A stretch of 64,000 bases of DNA from an uncultured cyanobacterium (GTDB taxonomy: Bacteria > Cyanobacteriota > Cyanobacteriia > PCC-9006 > JAAUQQ01), in contig OY970368.1 of NCBI GenBank assembly GCA_963718615.1, forward strand, positions 5,824,001 through 5,888,000, given 5' to 3'. How positions within the stretch are numbered: the stretch's first letter is position 1; the number at the start of each line of letters is the position of its first letter. The position numbers and the translations under genes are program-made. The notes under the pieces are model-generated. The model worked only from the letters and a program-made list of their open reading frames with translations, did no database searches and was not told where the DNA came from. Of this stretch, positions 12,869 to 24,305 are shown in pieces.

Positions 12869-15800
12869 ATGGCAGATCAAAACGGTTCCAATCAAGCAAA
12901 GAAAGCGGTTTTTCATAACCGCGTGATCGATAAGTCTCAGCTCAAAAAGCTGATTGCTTCATCGTTCATCAACCACGGCACGGCACGGACGGCTCAGGTT
13001 GCAGATGAACTTAAGGACCTCGGCTTCAAATACGCCACCAAGGCTGGAGTTTCCATCAGCGTAGATGACCTCAAAGTTCCCCCAGAAAAGCGGGAAATGC
13101 TAGAGGCGGCTGAAGAGGAGATCCGGGAGACAGAAGCCCGCTACAGCCGAGGGGAGATTACCGAAGTTGAACGCTTCCAAAAGGTAATTGACACCTGGAG
13201 TATCACCAGTGAAGAACTCAAAGACCAGGTGGTCGAGAACTTCACCAAAAACAACCCGCTTAACTCCGTCTATATGATGGCGTTCTCGGGGGCGAGGGGA
13301 AATATCTCCCAGGTGCGTCAGCTGGTGGGGATGCGCGGTCTGATGGCGAATCCCCAGGGGGAAATTATTGACTTGCCGATTAAGACCAACTTCCGCGAAG
13401 GTCTGACGGTGACGGAGTACATTATTTCCTCCTACGGTGCCCGGAAAGGTCTGGTGGATACGGCATTGCGGACGGCGGACTCGGGGTATTTGACCCGACG
13501 TTTGGTGGACGTTTCCCAGGATGTGATTGTGCGGGAGCATGATTGTGGCACGGTCCGGGGTCGTTGGGTGACGGCGATGAAGGATGGCGATCGCACCCGG
13601 ATTCGTCTGGGCGATCGCCTGCTCGGTCGTGTCATTGGTGAAGATGTCATCCATCCCGAAACGGGCGAAGTGGTCGCTGCCCGCAATCAGGATCTGTCCG
13701 CAGAATTGGCGGAGGCGATCGATCGTTCTGGGGTGGAGCGCGTGTTTGTGCGATCGCCCCTCACCTGCGAGGCGGCCCGGTCGGTGTGTCAGCTCTGCTA
13801 CGGCTGGAGCTTGGCCCATGCCCAGTTGGTGGATATGGGTGAAGCCGTTGGGATTATTGCCGCCCAGTCCATTGGGGAACCGGGGACCCAGCTGACGATG
13901 CGGACGTTCCACACCGGGGGCGTCTTTACCGGCGAGGTGGCTCGCCTAGAGCGGACTAAAGCCGCAGGCGAAGTCAAGTTTTCCAATAAAGCTCGGACCC
14001 GCCCCTTCCGCACCCGCCACGGGGAAGAAGCGCTGATGGCGGAAGGCAAATTTGACATTACGATTGCGGCGGGCAGCAAAAAGCACGTCGTGACGGTGCT
14101 TCAGGGTTCGACCATCTTCGTCAGGGATGGCGATGTGGTGCAAAAGAACGACAAAGTGGCGGAAGTTCCAGTGGGGGGCAATACCCGTCGCTCCACCGAA
14201 AAGGCAACCAAGGACGTTGCAGCGGATTTGGCCGGTGAAGTGCGCTTTGCGGATATTTCTCCAGAAGAGAAGAAAGACCGCCAGGGCAACAGTACTCGCA
14301 TCGCCCAACGGGGGGGCTTGGTTTGGGTCTTAGCGGGTGAGGTGTATAACCTACCGCCAGGGGCCGAGCCGACGGTGAAAAATGGCGATCGCGTCGAAGC
14401 CGGGGACGTCCTCTCAGAGACCCGTCTCACCACCGAGCATGGGGGGATCGTGCGGCTACCCAATCCGGAAGAGGGCAATCGCGAAGTGGAAATCATCACC
14501 GCTTCAGTTCTGCTTGACCAAGCCCGCGTCCATGCCGAAACCTCCCAGGGACGGGAACATTACATCCTTGAAACCTCCGATGGCCAGCAGTTCAACCTCA
14601 ACACCACACCGGGCACCAAGGTGACCAACGGCCAGGTCGTTGCGGAGCTGATCAGCGACACCTATCGCACCAATACCGGTGGCATCATCAAATATGCTGG
14701 CGTTGAAGTGGGCAAGAAAGGCCGTTCCAAGGTGGGCTACGAAGTCCAGCAGGGCGGAACGCTACTCTGGATTCCGGAGGAAGCCCACGAGGTCAATAAG
14801 GACATCTCGCTGCTGATGGTCGAGGACGGCCAGTTTGTGGAAGCGGGAACCGAAGTGGTCAAGGATATCTTCTGCAACAGCAGCGGGATCGTCGAAGTCA
14901 CCCAGAAAAACGACATTCTGCGGGAAATTGTCATCAAACCGGGCGACCTGCACATGTTGGACAATCCCAAGGATCTCAAGGTCAAAGGGGGAGCCTTTGC
15001 CAATCCCGGCGAGGAGGTGCTGCCGGGGGTCGTGGTGGAGGACATGCGCTATGTCGATCAGGTGATGATGCCTGAGGGCGACGCCATTTTGCTCCGGCCC
15101 GTGATCGAGTATCAGGTGCCCGATGAACCCTCGGTGCCCAGCCAGGACTCCAGCGATGGCAGCGGTCATTCCATCCAGTTGAAAGTGATTCAGCGGATTC
15201 CCTTCAAGGATGGGGAGCGCGTCAAGTCGGTGAACGGTTTGGATCTATTGCGGACCCAACTGGTACTGTCGATGGACACCGAATCCTCCCAAATGGTGGC
15301 GGATATTGAACTGATGGAAGACCCGAACGAAGCGGGGATTCTGCGGTTACAGATGGTGATCTTGGAATCTCTGGTCCTGCGGCGGGATGTTTCCGCTGAT
15401 GCAGTCCAGGGCAGCACCCAAACCCGTCTACTGGTGACCGATGGTGAGGAAATCGAGCCGGGAGCTGTAGTGGCCCGCACGGAAAGTCTCTGTAAAGAGG
15501 CCGGTATCATTCGCGGAATTCGCGAAGGGGCTGAGGCGGTGCGCCGGATTTTGATCGAACGGGAGGCCGATCGCCAGGACGTTTCGATCGAAGGCAAAAC
15601 AGCCTTGGTGAAAGCGGGTGACCTGGTGGTTGCGGGTCAGGCGATCGCCGAAGGCATTGTTCTCGAAGAATCAGGACATGTCCTAGATGTCACCGCCGAC
15701 AAAGTGGTCCTACGCTTGGCACGCCCCTATCGGGTTTCGCCCGGTGCCGTCCTCCATGTGGATGATGGCAGTCTGGTTCAGCGGGGGGATAACCTCGTGC

Positions 15801-16813
15801 TGCTCGTGTTTGAACGGGCCAAAACCGGCGATATCATCCAGGGTCTACCGAGAATTGAGGAATTGCTGGAAGCTCGGAAACCCAAAGAAGCCTGTATTCT
15901 GGCCGCTCGTGCGGGGCAAGCCCAGGTGGTCTACGACGAGGGTGATACGGTCGAAGTTAAGGTGATCGAAGCGGATGGGACGGTGTCGGATTATCCGATT
16001 AACCCCAACCAGAAGAGCGTCATCGTTGCCGATGGCCAGCAGGTGGGTCCGGCGGAAGCCATTACCGATGGTCCTTCAAACCCCCATGAAATCCTGGAGA
16101 TCTTCTATAGCCATTTCCGCGAAAAGCTGCCCACTTACGAAGCCTCCCTTGCGAGCTTGGAAAAGGTGCAGTCGTTCTTGGTGAACGAGGTTCAGTCGGT
16201 GTACCAATCCCAGGGGATTGATATTTCTGACAAGCACATTGAGGTGATTGTCCGTCAGATGAGTTCCAAGGCTCGGATCGACGATGGCGGCGACACCACG
16301 ATGCTACCGGGCGAATTGGTCGAACTGCGCCAGGTGGATCAGGTGAACCAAGCTATGGCCATTACGGGCGGCGCTCCGGCGGAATACACCCCGGTGCTGC
16401 TCGGGATTACCAAGGCCTCGCTCAACACCGATAGCTTTATCTCGGCGGCGAGCTTCCAGGAAACTACGCGGGTCCTGACTGAGGCGGCGATCCAAGGCAA
16501 ATCCGATTGGCTGCGGGGTCTGAAGGAAAACGTGATCATTGGACGCCTCATTCCTGCCGGGACGGGCTTCAATGCCTACGAGGAAAGCCTCAATGCTTCC
16601 CCCGACTACGACTTTAGCTACGATGGGGGGGGCGTTTTGCCCGATGAAGCGGAGCTCAAGGATGTGGTGCTCGATGATGAGACGGCACGGGTCTATGGTT
16701 TGGATCCGAGCTTAGATAATCGCGGCTTGGGGTTTGATGCCATGGGGGGGGGCGATCGCCGTCTTCTCCTGGATGACGAAGAGCTGATCGATGACAACTC
16801 CTTAGCTGAATAG
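12869..16813 (+). CDS. rpoC2: RNA polymerase subunit beta' (C-terminal half)
   Basis: [37 protein letters not shown], large SI3 insertion, [17 protein letters not shown]. Confidence 0.99.
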   Translation: MADQNGSNQAKKAVFHNRVIDKSQLKKLIASSFINHGTARTAQVADELKDLGFKYATKAGVSISVDDLKVPPEKREMLEAAEEEIRETEARYSRGEITEVERFQKVIDTWSITSEELKDQVVENFTKNNPLNSVYMMAFSGARGNISQVRQLVGMRGLMANPQGEIIDLPIKTNFREGLTVTEYIISSYGARKGLVDTALRTADSGYLTRRLVDVSQDVIVREHDCGTVRGRWVTAMKDGDRTRIRLGDRLLGRVIGEDVIHPETGEVVAARNQDLSAELAEAIDRSGVERVFVRSPLTCEAARSVCQLCYGWSLAHAQLVDMGEAVGIIAAQSIGEPGTQLTMRTFHTGGVFTGEVARLERTKAAGEVKFSNKARTRPFRTRHGEEALMAEGKFDITIAAGSKKHVVTVLQGSTIFVRDGDVVQKNDKVAEVPVGGNTRRSTEKATKDVAADLAGEVRFADISPEEKKDRQGNSTRIAQRGGLVWVLAGEVYNLPPGAEPTVKNGDRVEAGDVLSETRLTTEHGGIVRLPNPEEGNREVEIITASVLLDQARVHAETSQGREHYILETSDGQQFNLNTTPGTKVTNGQVVAELISDTYRTNTGGIIKYAGVEVGKKGRSKVGYEVQQGGTLLWIPEEAHEVNKDISLLMVEDGQFVEAGTEVVKDIFCNSSGIVEVTQKNDILREIVIKPGDLHMLDNPKDLKVKGGAFANPGEEVLPGVVVEDMRYVDQVMMPEGDAILLRPVIEYQVPDEPSVPSQDSSDGSGHSIQLKVIQRIPFKDGERVKSVNGLDLLRTQLVLSMDTESSQMVADIELMEDPNEAGILRLQMVILESLVLRRDVSADAVQGSTQTRLLVTDGEEIEPGAVVARTESLCKEAGIIRGIREGAEAVRRILIEREADRQDVSIEGKTALVKAGDLVVAGQAIAEGIVLEESGHVLDVTADKVVLRLARPYRVSPGAVLHVDDGSLVQRGDNLVLLVFERAKTGDIIQGLPRIEELLEARKPKEACILAARAGQAQVVYDEGDTVEVKVIEADGTVSDYPINPNQKSVIVADGQQVGPAEAITDGPSNPHEILEIFYSHFREKLPTYEASLASLEKVQSFLVNEVQSVYQSQGIDISDKHIEVIVRQMSSKARIDDGGDTTMLPGELVELRQVDQVNQAMAITGGAPAEYTPVLLGITKASLNTDSFISAASFQETTRVLTEAAIQGKSDWLRGLKENVIIGRLIPAGTGFNAYEESLNASPDYDFSYDGGGVLPDEAELKDVVLDDETARVYGLDPSLDNRGLGFDAMGGGDRRLLLDDEELIDDNSLAE

Positions 16814-16875
16814 GGTTAGCGTTAACCGCTAGACCGCTAGACCGTTAATCACGCTAAGTTCTAGCCTCATTGCTT

Positions 16876-16907
16876 GCTCCCTGGGCCATGGCCCAGGGAG
16901 CTTTTTT
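16876..16907 (+). terminator. Intrinsic terminator after rpoC2
   Basis: Perfect 26-bp palindrome GCTCCCTGGGCCATGGCCCAGGGAGC followed by a T-run. Confidence 0.85.
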
Positions 16908-16999
16908 GTCAGAACCCGACTGACTGCCACGCAGTCCGATACTTAGAATCGTGGATTAAATTAAGATATAACTTTCCATTCCAAGTAACTGGTAGATAG

Positions 17000-17171
17000 A
17001 TGCAACCCTACCTAGACGAAATAGACGCGAAGATGCAACGCTACCCATCAATCGTTGTCGGAGAAGGAGCGTCGTCGCTATGCGGCGATTGAAGCAGTGA
17101 AATTAGGATATGGAGGGCAAGTGGACACCCGAGGTTTGTTTGGATGTCATCACAACACCTTGCCCGATTAA
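17000..17171 (+). pseudogene. Frameshifted N-terminal relic of an ISAzo13-like transposase
   Basis: Manual translation MQPYLDEIDAKMQRY, +1 shift, HQSLSEKERRRYAAIEAVKLGYGGQ...LFGCHHNTL; matches the 'LSEK.RRRYAA.EA.KLG.GG' N-terminus I associate with ISAzo13-family transposases. Confidence 0.7.
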
Positions 17172-19045
17172 ATTGAAAAATGACATGTGTGTGTGTTTTC
17201 TGTTTGGTCTGCAATCACTTTCCCATAGACTACCAAGTCTGCTTTTAGGCTGACTTCAAGGTCGTCAGCAGAGCGGAAAACATTCACTATCAAGTTAGGA
17301 TGGCGTCTAGCCAGTTGTAATCCAACTAGGCGTTCATAAAACTGACTTTTATGAACGCCCTTGCAGCCAACAACAGCAATGCTTCGAATATTTTCTAGTT
17401 GACTAGCGTTGGACACCGTAAAACTACCCGATGGGAACGAACGAAGGTCAAACGTTTTGTGGATATGTAAGACGACATGCAAGACAGCCACTAACATCAC
17501 TACTCTATATATCCAAGTAGGCTTGCTTGCTAATTGCTTTCTCCCCCACAAGAGCAGGGGCAAGAGGCCGAAAATAGCTAAAGGATAGATAATAGAGATA
17601 GCAATCTTCATCAGACGATATGTGCTTTCAAGGGGGATGTGTGCCAACAAATAGCTACTATATATCCCCACTCCAACAAGTCCTGCGGCCAGGTCTCGCT
17701 TCTTACTAGATCTGTAGAGATGAAGCAAATTCCAGCCAATGAAACTACTAAATACAAGCCCTATGATGACATTAATATAAAGCCCGAAGTCCTTTGCAGA
17801 AGCCATTGGTTTTGGCTTTTCCTGTAAAAGGCTCCAAGGATTCAATGGGACAAAATTGGAGCCATGCTCCTTTGTAAAGTTCAAACTTTTTCTGACTTCC
17901 TGAAAATTCAGTTGAGAGGAGAATAAAAGACAAAAAAGTATTCCACAACCAATGATAATGAATATGAGCTTAAGAATGATTCCACGTGTTCTCGCTGAGT
18001 CTCGAAATGGCACGTAAATCCCAATTGTCCCAATGAATACGAGGATAATTATTGGAATAAATGCTGGATAGAATGAAAACACGATCGTCAATATTGAGAA
18101 GAAGAAGACCAGGCTTTCTGGCGTATCAACTTTGTTGGCTATCGCAAGTTGTCTAGCTTCTCTAAAGGTCAACGCAGTGATCATCACAAACAGTGCATTT
18201 GAGAAATAGGAACTGACCATGAGCCAATAGAGGGGCGGGGAACTCAAAACCCAGGCCATTAGTAGTAGTCTTTCTACTGACATTCCCTGGGTTTTCGGAC
18301 ATCGGACATCCATCCATTCCCGAAATAAACAGATCAATAACGTTCCACCCAACGTGCTTTGAAAGACGGCTATTCCCAACGATGAGCCCTGAAACGGGTA
18401 TGAGATCAAAGAGCCAAGAAATGAACTGAATTTCTTGGGGCTACCTAACAGGAATGCACAGGCTGAATGATCTATAAAGGTGAAACTATCGGATCCACCA
18501 TAAAAAGACAGCTTGTCGGTCGTGAATGCCGCAATACGCTGAACATATGCCCACATGTCCGGATTTGTATTGGAAATCATGTAGTCAAGATTGACTTTGT
18601 GATTGAGGGTTGCCCAGAAGGCGAAACTCAAGCACCAGAGAAGACCATAGAGTATTACCGTTGAATGTTGCTTAATAACCTGAATACCGAACAGGTCGAA
18701 TTGTCTTTTAACGACAGTAGGAATAAATAGATATAGGAGGGTAAGGGCTAGCTCTAGAAGTGCGGTGGCGTAGACACTATTGAAACATTGACTTAATGTT
18801 GCTGTTGTAATGCTTAAAAGCGCTACGGGCATCAATCCAGTGACGCAAATTGCCGCCATGGAAACACCGTCATATAAAGAATATGGCTTCTTAATTTGAA
18901 TGTTTTCTTCTGTGGTGATAAAACCGCGAAGCGTAAAAAGATAGTAAAAAATAATTTTCCCATTGTAATGACAGACAAGCCATAGCTGATAAATAGCGAT
19001 TACACTATAAAAAAACAGCGAAGCCAGGAATATTATCTCTTTCAT
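17168..19045 (-). CDS. AT-rich polytopic membrane protein of unknown function (possibly GT-C-like)
   Basis: 625-aa ORF with many hydrophobic segments; visibly lower GC than flanks; no HIP1 site seen by eye. Confidence 0.75.
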   Translation of the reverse strand: MKEIIFLASLFFYSVIAIYQLWLVCHYNGKIIFYYLFTLRGFITTEENIQIKKPYSLYDGVSMAAICVTGLMPVALLSITTATLSQCFNSVYATALLELALTLLYLFIPTVVKRQFDLFGIQVIKQHSTVILYGLLWCLSFAFWATLNHKVNLDYMISNTNPDMWAYVQRIAAFTTDKLSFYGGSDSFTFIDHSACAFLLGSPKKFSSFLGSLISYPFQGSSLGIAVFQSTLGGTLLICLFREWMDVRCPKTQGMSVERLLLMAWVLSSPPLYWLMVSSYFSNALFVMITALTFREARQLAIANKVDTPESLVFFFSILTIVFSFYPAFIPIIILVFIGTIGIYVPFRDSARTRGIILKLIFIIIGCGILFCLLFSSQLNFQEVRKSLNFTKEHGSNFVPLNPWSLLQEKPKPMASAKDFGLYINVIIGLVFSSFIGWNLLHLYRSSKKRDLAAGLVGVGIYSSYLLAHIPLESTYRLMKIAISIIYPLAIFGLLPLLLWGRKQLASKPTWIYRVVMLVAVLHVVLHIHKTFDLRSFPSGSFTVSNASQLENIRSIAVVGCKGVHKSQFYERLVGLQLARRHPNLIVNVFRSADDLEVSLKADLVVYGKVIADQTENTHTCHFSI

Positions 19046-19049
19046 AAAA

Positions 19050-19252
19050 ATGCGGTGTGCAACTAATGACTTGAAAGAAAAGCCTTATCGTTGAAAGCTA
19101 GAGCTAATGAAAAAGTTAGAGCTCTAGCCAGGCAAGGCAATGTTTGAAATTGATGAATTCATCATCGCTGTTTTTCTTTGCGTAGAGTAGCATCTGTCTG
19201 CTGTGCTGGTCGCTCACCCGCCTTGTGCTCGGGGCTTTGCCCCTGTTCGGTG
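19050..19252 (+). mobile_element. IS982-family relic (possible left end plus broken transposase N-terminus)
   Basis: ATG 19140: MFEIDEFIIAVFLCVE*HLSAVLVAHPPCARGFAP, like the IS982 N-terminus 'FIIAVF..V...RGFAP.LSD'; in-frame TAG. ATGCGGTGTGCAACTAA at 19050 is a candidate terminal IR. Confidence 0.65.
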
Positions 19253-19286
19253 CGTTAGGGCGCATTGCGCTTTTGGTTCTGGCGGC

Positions 19287-20507
19287 CTATGGGTATAGGG
19301 CGGCGATCGCCCCCACCAAGCCCTCAACCTCCGACTCCAAGGTCAAATAATGCACACAGGCACGCACGCAGTTAGGGTCCAGAATCAGCCGCACAAAATA
19401 CCCTTGGGCTTCGAGGGCGTTGACGAGGGCTCCATGCTGGCCAGACTGAACCGGACCGGACTGAAGCTGAAAGGACACGAGTCCGGATTCGGGTGGGGTT
19501 ACTCGCAGGCAGGTGATGTTGGGGAGTTGCTGAAGGTCCTGCCAGAGTTGTTGGCTCAACTTTAGGATGCGCTGGTGCCGCTGGGTTGCGTTGCCAACCT
19601 GGGATTGATGGGCGATCGCCTCACTCAACCCCGCATACAGCGGATAGGCAGAAGTCGCTACCTCATAGCGTTGGCCATTGGGTTTCCAGCCCGCCGGATG
19701 CCCCGTCGCGGAATAGTTGATGCCTCGCCAACCAATGAAGGTTGGGTGCAGTTCCTCCCGCGCGGCGGCACTGACATAAAGCCCGCCCACCCCCTCGGGA
19801 CCGCACCACCATTTGTGGCCGGTAAAGGCATAGAAATCCACATCCAGATCGATTAAATCCAGGGGCAAAACGCCAACGGACTGGGCGGCATCGACCAACA
19901 CGCGAATAGGGCGCTGGGCGGAAAAATTGCGGCAAGTTGCCATAACCGCCTTTAGCGGTAGTACCTGTCCCGTATTCCAGAGAATATGGCTAATTACCAC
20001 CAGACGAGTCCGGGGCCGCAGATGTTCGCCGATAATTGCCGCAGGGTCGCCACGGTTGAGGGTTTCGAGTAGGGGGCAGGTCGACACCACTAGGCCAAAC
20101 CGACGCTGCAGTTCTGCGACGGCGGCAATAATGCCGGGGTGCTCGCAATCCGAGAGCAAAATGTGGTCCCCCGGCTGCCAGTCCAGGCCCCAGAGGGGAA
20201 TATTGCAGCCAACGGTAACATCCTCCGTCAGCGTAAGGGTGTCCGCCGGGACTTGGAGTTCCTGGGCAATGCGATCGCGCAACTCCTCCCGAATCTCTTC
20301 CACCCAACGGTTCACGGCCCCAGAAAAGGGACCTATCTCCTGAATTTTTCGATAGGTCTCCAGAATCGTCTCCAAGGACAACTGGGCCAGCGGGCCTTGG
20401 CCCCCGTAGTTAAAATACTGTTTGTTCGCTAGACCCGGAAAGTCACGGCGATGGGCTTGCAGTGCTAAATCGGTCATCGCTAGGGCTGTGAGAAACTCCG
20501 TTGGCAT
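19287..20507 (-). CDS. Class V aminotransferase, cystine C-S lyase (C-DES)-like
   Basis: YFNYGGQGP, SHILWNTG, VDAAQS, TGHKW (PLP Lys), VRACVHY. Confidence 0.88.
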   Translation of the reverse strand: MPTEFLTALAMTDLALQAHRRDFPGLANKQYFNYGGQGPLAQLSLETILETYRKIQEIGPFSGAVNRWVEEIREELRDRIAQELQVPADTLTLTEDVTVGCNIPLWGLDWQPGDHILLSDCEHPGIIAAVAELQRRFGLVVSTCPLLETLNRGDPAAIIGEHLRPRTRLVVISHILWNTGQVLPLKAVMATCRNFSAQRPIRVLVDAAQSVGVLPLDLIDLDVDFYAFTGHKWWCGPEGVGGLYVSAAAREELHPTFIGWRGINYSATGHPAGWKPNGQRYEVATSAYPLYAGLSEAIAHQSQVGNATQRHQRILKLSQQLWQDLQQLPNITCLRVTPPESGLVSFQLQSGPVQSGQHGALVNALEAQGYFVRLILDPNCVRACVHYLTLESEVEGLVGAIAALYP

Positions 20508-20524
20508 CGTGTTAGTTCGAGGCG

Positions 20525-21124
20525 CTAGTTCGAGGCGGCTCCGCTCTGCACCAGCAAGGCTTGCAGCTGAGCGCGAATGGTTTCGATGCGCTGGCGATTG
20601 ACGCCGAGGTCAGATTCCCCCAGACGAGAAGCCGATCGCACCTCGATTTCTGGGCGATCGGCTGGGAGATAAAACTCCACATCATCCACAAACCCCATCC
20701 ACCGACTCGTAAATTCTGCGTAGAGATAGCCATCCTCCGCTCGAATCACCTCCGCCCGCTCCGAATCATCGATCACCTGCTTGAGCGCCACCATCGCCTT
20801 GGCCATCGAGACGTTGTAGGTCAGCGGGGCAATGCGATGGGTTGGATCGGCGCTTTGGCTACTGACGCAGTTGGGGGTTTCAGGGCAGGGAGCAAGCTGG
20901 CCTGCGTGGGATCCCAGGGTATCGGGGCGATCGCCCGCGAAGTGAAAGGCACTAGTCCCGGCCACAGCCAGGAGAGGCGTCGAACCTGCGGGGGTGGCCC
21001 AGGCATTCCCCAGACCGAGGCTGATCGACAGGACTAAGGCAAGACTGAGGAACAACAAAAATTTCACGGCGGCCCACGGGTTAAGGGTCCAGAGTTTGAC
21101 CAATACTGGCTTGAGTAAAACCAT
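20525..21124 (-). CDS. DUF1499 domain protein
   Basis: PCPETPNCVSSQ, GFVDDVEF, VRSASRLGESDLGVNRQR; N-terminal signal/TM. Start uncertain. Confidence 0.85.
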   Translation of the reverse strand: MVLLKPVLVKLWTLNPWAAVKFLLFLSLALVLSISLGLGNAWATPAGSTPLLAVAGTSAFHFAGDRPDTLGSHAGQLAPCPETPNCVSSQSADPTHRIAPLTYNVSMAKAMVALKQVIDDSERAEVIRAEDGYLYAEFTSRWMGFVDDVEFYLPADRPEIEVRSASRLGESDLGVNRQRIETIRAQLQALLVQSGAASN

Positions 21125-21279
21125 CGGTGTTACGGTCACGTTGAGTAAAACCATAGCAGACGTTGTTGGGTCGCGATCGCCCAGCCGCCCACAAAAAGAC
21201 GCAGCATCCCCAGGGAGAGTCGCTGCGCCGTACCATAGAACCCTAAACTGGGTCGCTCTCAAGCTTGAAACGAGGGGGT

Positions 21280-22278
21280 CTAGTCTTTGTAAAGCACCCG
21301 TGCATCCAACCCTTGATCCCGCAGGTATCTTTCCCATTCCTCCGCAATGCCCCGATTGGGAAACGCCCCTGCTTGGATATAGGGACCCCGACGAGGATCC
21401 TTCGTCTGGAAGGCATCGGGAACAAATTGCCGCACTTTGGTTATTAAGCTCCAGCCATCTCCCGGAATCGCGATCAAATAGGGATTGAGTGTGGGGATGG
21501 CACTGCTTGGGGGTGTGAACCCTGGCTGGGGGGGCAGGGTCGCCGGAAACTGACTCGGCACAGAGTTCGGCACATAGGTAATACAGGTCGGAATCCCCGC
21601 TGATCCCAAGGGAACGCGCCCTGCCGAGGGATCGGGCAAGGCCACTTGCATGACTTGGTCACCGCAGACGCGGTTAAACGAAGTATTAACTTGATCCAAT
21701 GTCACCCGATTGACCTGCCGATTAGGGGGATATTGATAGGTGCGCTGAAAGGCTTCCAGGGCATCTCCAGTCATTGCACCTGGGATACCATCAATCCCAC
21801 CTGTGTCGTAACCCAGCGCCACCAGCCGAGACTGTAGCGTTTGGACATCGCCATAGCTCAGACCATTGATGGGTGCGGTTGGACTATCCCCGCCCTGACC
21901 ACACAACCCCAATTGGGCCAAAGTTTGGGGTCCGGCAACGCCATCTTGAAACAAGCCCCGAGCCGCTTGCAGTCGATAGACGGCTTCGATGGTGGGTTGG
22001 CCGTAGTAGCTCGTTGCCAAGTGAGCGTCGAGGTAGCCCAAGCGAACGAGTTGGTCTTGGAGGGTTTTGACCCCATTGCCCTGGGCTCCCATATTTAGAA
22101 GCGGACAGGTGGTTTGGGCTTGGGCGGGTCGGGTGAAGCCGGTTTGAGGAAGCGTTGCGATCGCCCCCCCCAAAGCCGTCACCGTTAAAGCAGACAGCGC
22201 CCAGTGTTGAAGCTTAGTCAGGTGAAGCTTAGGCAATGGAATAGGATGCACGGTAGATGCGAAAAGAGAGAAAACCAT
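21280..22278 (-). CDS. Secreted peptidoglycan-binding domain protein
   Basis: Signal peptide; two PG_binding_1 repeats (VKTLQDQLVRLGY...DGVAGPQT and LQSRLVALGY...DGIPG); SPOR-like C-terminus (YIQAGAF...GLDARV). Confidence 0.85.
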   Translation of the reverse strand: MVFSLFASTVHPIPLPKLHLTKLQHWALSALTVTALGGAIATLPQTGFTRPAQAQTTCPLLNMGAQGNGVKTLQDQLVRLGYLDAHLATSYYGQPTIEAVYRLQAARGLFQDGVAGPQTLAQLGLCGQGGDSPTAPINGLSYGDVQTLQSRLVALGYDTGGIDGIPGAMTGDALEAFQRTYQYPPNRQVNRVTLDQVNTSFNRVCGDQVMQVALPDPSAGRVPLGSAGIPTCITYVPNSVPSQFPATLPPQPGFTPPSSAIPTLNPYLIAIPGDGWSLITKVRQFVPDAFQTKDPRRGPYIQAGAFPNRGIAEEWERYLRDQGLDARVLYKD

Positions 22279-22438
22279 AGGTTGATTCTGAGGTAGACGG
22301 CATCGAAACGAGACTTCGGACGTTCCGTTCGTGTGAGGGACGAAGAACCAAATCTACAGGGTTATTTTGCTAGCCCTGACTCAATTTTATTTCATACACC
22401 TAGATAATTCCCAATTCCGCATCTAGAGCGCCGCGATC

Positions 22439-22654
22439 CTAAAGCGTCTCGGCCACGGTGTAGCCTGCCGCTGTAATCACTTGCTTGGCCGCCTCTTCCG
22501 ACAAATCCCCGCTGACTTCCACCGTCTTGTCCGCTAGATTTGTGATCACTTGGGTTTGCGGTACCGTGCTCTGCAACGCCGCCTTAATCTTCGTCGCACA
22601 AGCACCACAGGCCATATCTGGCACCTTAAATTTCATTGAATCTTGCTCCAGCAT
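22439..22654 (-). CDS. Heavy-metal-associated (HMA) domain metallochaperone, CopZ/Atx1-like
   Basis: VPDMACGAC motif, ITAAGY. Start uncertain (22636-22675). Confidence 0.88.
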   Translation of the reverse strand: MLEQDSMKFKVPDMACGACATKIKAALQSTVPQTQVITNLADKTVEVSGDLSEEAAKQVITAAGYTVAETL

Positions 22655-22902
22655 TTTTTCACCAACTGCCTGCATCCGGAAGGTCAGAAAAGGGCCTCCC
22701 TCAAAAGCTTATAAAGGCCCTCTGCGAGCACACTTGATTTCCTCGGCAGAGTAACAAATCTTTATGTGTCCCCCTCCAATCCGAGGGCTATTCTAGGGGA
22801 AGTTTGAATAAGCAAGTATACTGCCCTCTACCGCGCCTAGGTCTTGTCCTCAGAGCGGTTGAGCGGTTCTCCATTGAACGCTGATATCGAAGGAGATTTT
22901 TT

Positions 22903-23109
22903 ATGGTTGATCGCGGCTCTAAGGTTCGGATTCTGCGTCCAGAATCGTACTGGTACCGGGATGTCGGTACGGTGGCTTCCGTTGATAAAAGTGGCATTAA
23001 GTATCCCGTTGTCGTCCGTTTCGACAAAGTTAATTACGCGGGTGTCAATACCAATAACTTCTCAGCCGAAGAACTTGAAGTTGTGGAAGCGGCCAAGAAA
23101 AAAGGCTAA
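22903..23109 (+). CDS. psaE: Photosystem I reaction centre subunit IV
   Basis: [15 protein letters not shown]...[20 protein letters not shown]. Confidence 0.98.
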   Translation: MVDRGSKVRILRPESYWYRDVGTVASVDKSGIKYPVVVRFDKVNYAGVNTNNFSAEELEVVEAAKKKG

Positions 23110-23174
23110 GTTACCAGACTTCAGCGCCTTTGCGATTCTCCACAGAACTCTCTGAATGAAGGTTTGCAAAAGCG

Positions 23175-23211
23175 AAAGCGGGATTGTTCGATTTGAGCAA
23201 TCCCGCTTTTT
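23175..23211 (+). terminator. Intrinsic terminator after psaE
   Basis: AAGCGGGATTGTTC-gattt-GAGCAATCCCGCTT followed by Ts. Confidence 0.8.
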
Positions 23212-23280
23212 GTTCAAGCTCTGATGGCCAGGGCTTGGGAACGAGACTCCAATTCTCTTAGGAATCCCCAAAGGAATCCC

Positions 23281-23970
23281 CTAAGGACTCTCCGCTTGTT
23301 CACGAATGACGGCTTGGGCTAGGTCGATAAAATGGTCGCCTAGGGAGGCCCGAAGACCGAGCAAAATTGATTTGTTCATGATCTGGACTTCCCCATGAGC
23401 CATCTCAATCATCAGGCGGCTCAACCAAGTCTCGGGGGTCAGGACCATGACGAGCGTTGTTTCTGGCTGGATCTGTCTAGCCAGGATCCTCAGTTCTTCA
23501 TAGGTCACGCCAATTTCTGCTAGGTTTTCCACCAAAATTTCGACGGCGAGACCGCCCACATGGAATGGCACGGTTCCGAGTTCGCCCAGGGGATTGAAGA
23601 GCGCCACAAGGGAAGCGGTTAGCCCATCGATAATGCCGCCTTCCGACAGATTCCAATCGACGATTTGGCGGGTGAGGAAGCGACCGTTGAGAGTTTTGCT
23701 GAGTACAGCGGTACTGGCGAGGGCGATCGCCCGTTCTTGCTGTAATCGTTCAAGGGATTTCAAAACCCATTTGGCGATTTCTTCGGTGGAATAAACGCCA
23801 ATTAGCAATTCCAGAGAATTGCGAGCTGTAGAAGCAGTCACCGGACGACGCCTCCAAGGGAATTCGGAACAGAACGACCCGTTACGATCGGGTACGACTG
23901 GGAGCGCCTGCGCCGCATAACCAGACCAGAGAGGGTCTGAAAAGCCTGGATCTGGACCAAGTGAAAGCAT
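23281..23970 (-). CDS. Hypothetical protein, divergent DUF1269-like
   Basis: Central glycine/hydrophobic hairpin followed by a 'LAEIGV...QIQPETTLV' pattern. True start probably downstream of 23970. Confidence 0.5.
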   Translation of the reverse strand: MLSLGPDPGFSDPLWSGYAAQALPVVPDRNGSFCSEFPWRRRPVTASTARNSLELLIGVYSTEEIAKWVLKSLERLQQERAIALASTAVLSKTLNGRFLTRQIVDWNLSEGGIIDGLTASLVALFNPLGELGTVPFHVGGLAVEILVENLAEIGVTYEELRILARQIQPETTLVMVLTPETWLSRLMIEMAHGEVQIMNKSILLGLRASLGDHFIDLAQAVIREQAESP

Positions 23971-24305
23971 GGAAAGTTAACCGCAAAGGACAGAGCAGGA
24001 AACACAGCAGATGGCCAGTAATCAACGCAATAATCAACGCAACCGGAAGTCCCAGTTCCTCCTTAGACTAAAAGCAATGGCAACAAACGTCTGTGGGGAA
24101 AATGTGAGGCGTTTGGGGGCCATGGGCCACATTACAGACTCCTTGGGAGCAGTTCGGTACGAGTTCGTACCGAGAACTTACATGTACTCCCATAACAATC
24201 AAGTACTCCCATAACAATGTGGGGAAAAGGTGGGTGGAGGACAGATCAAGGGCTGTAGGCATCGGTTAATCTCGACCATGGGACTCGATCCGGAGGGGCA
24301 GGGGC

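Noticed and set aside
13930-15830. Intein or foreign insertion in rpoC2
   Set aside because: This is the normal large cyanobacterial SI3 insertion; no intein splice motifs are present.
21125-21337. N-terminal extension of the DUF1499 ORF
   Set aside because: It overlaps the neighbouring gene's 3' end and precedes the apparent signal peptide, so it is probably not translated.
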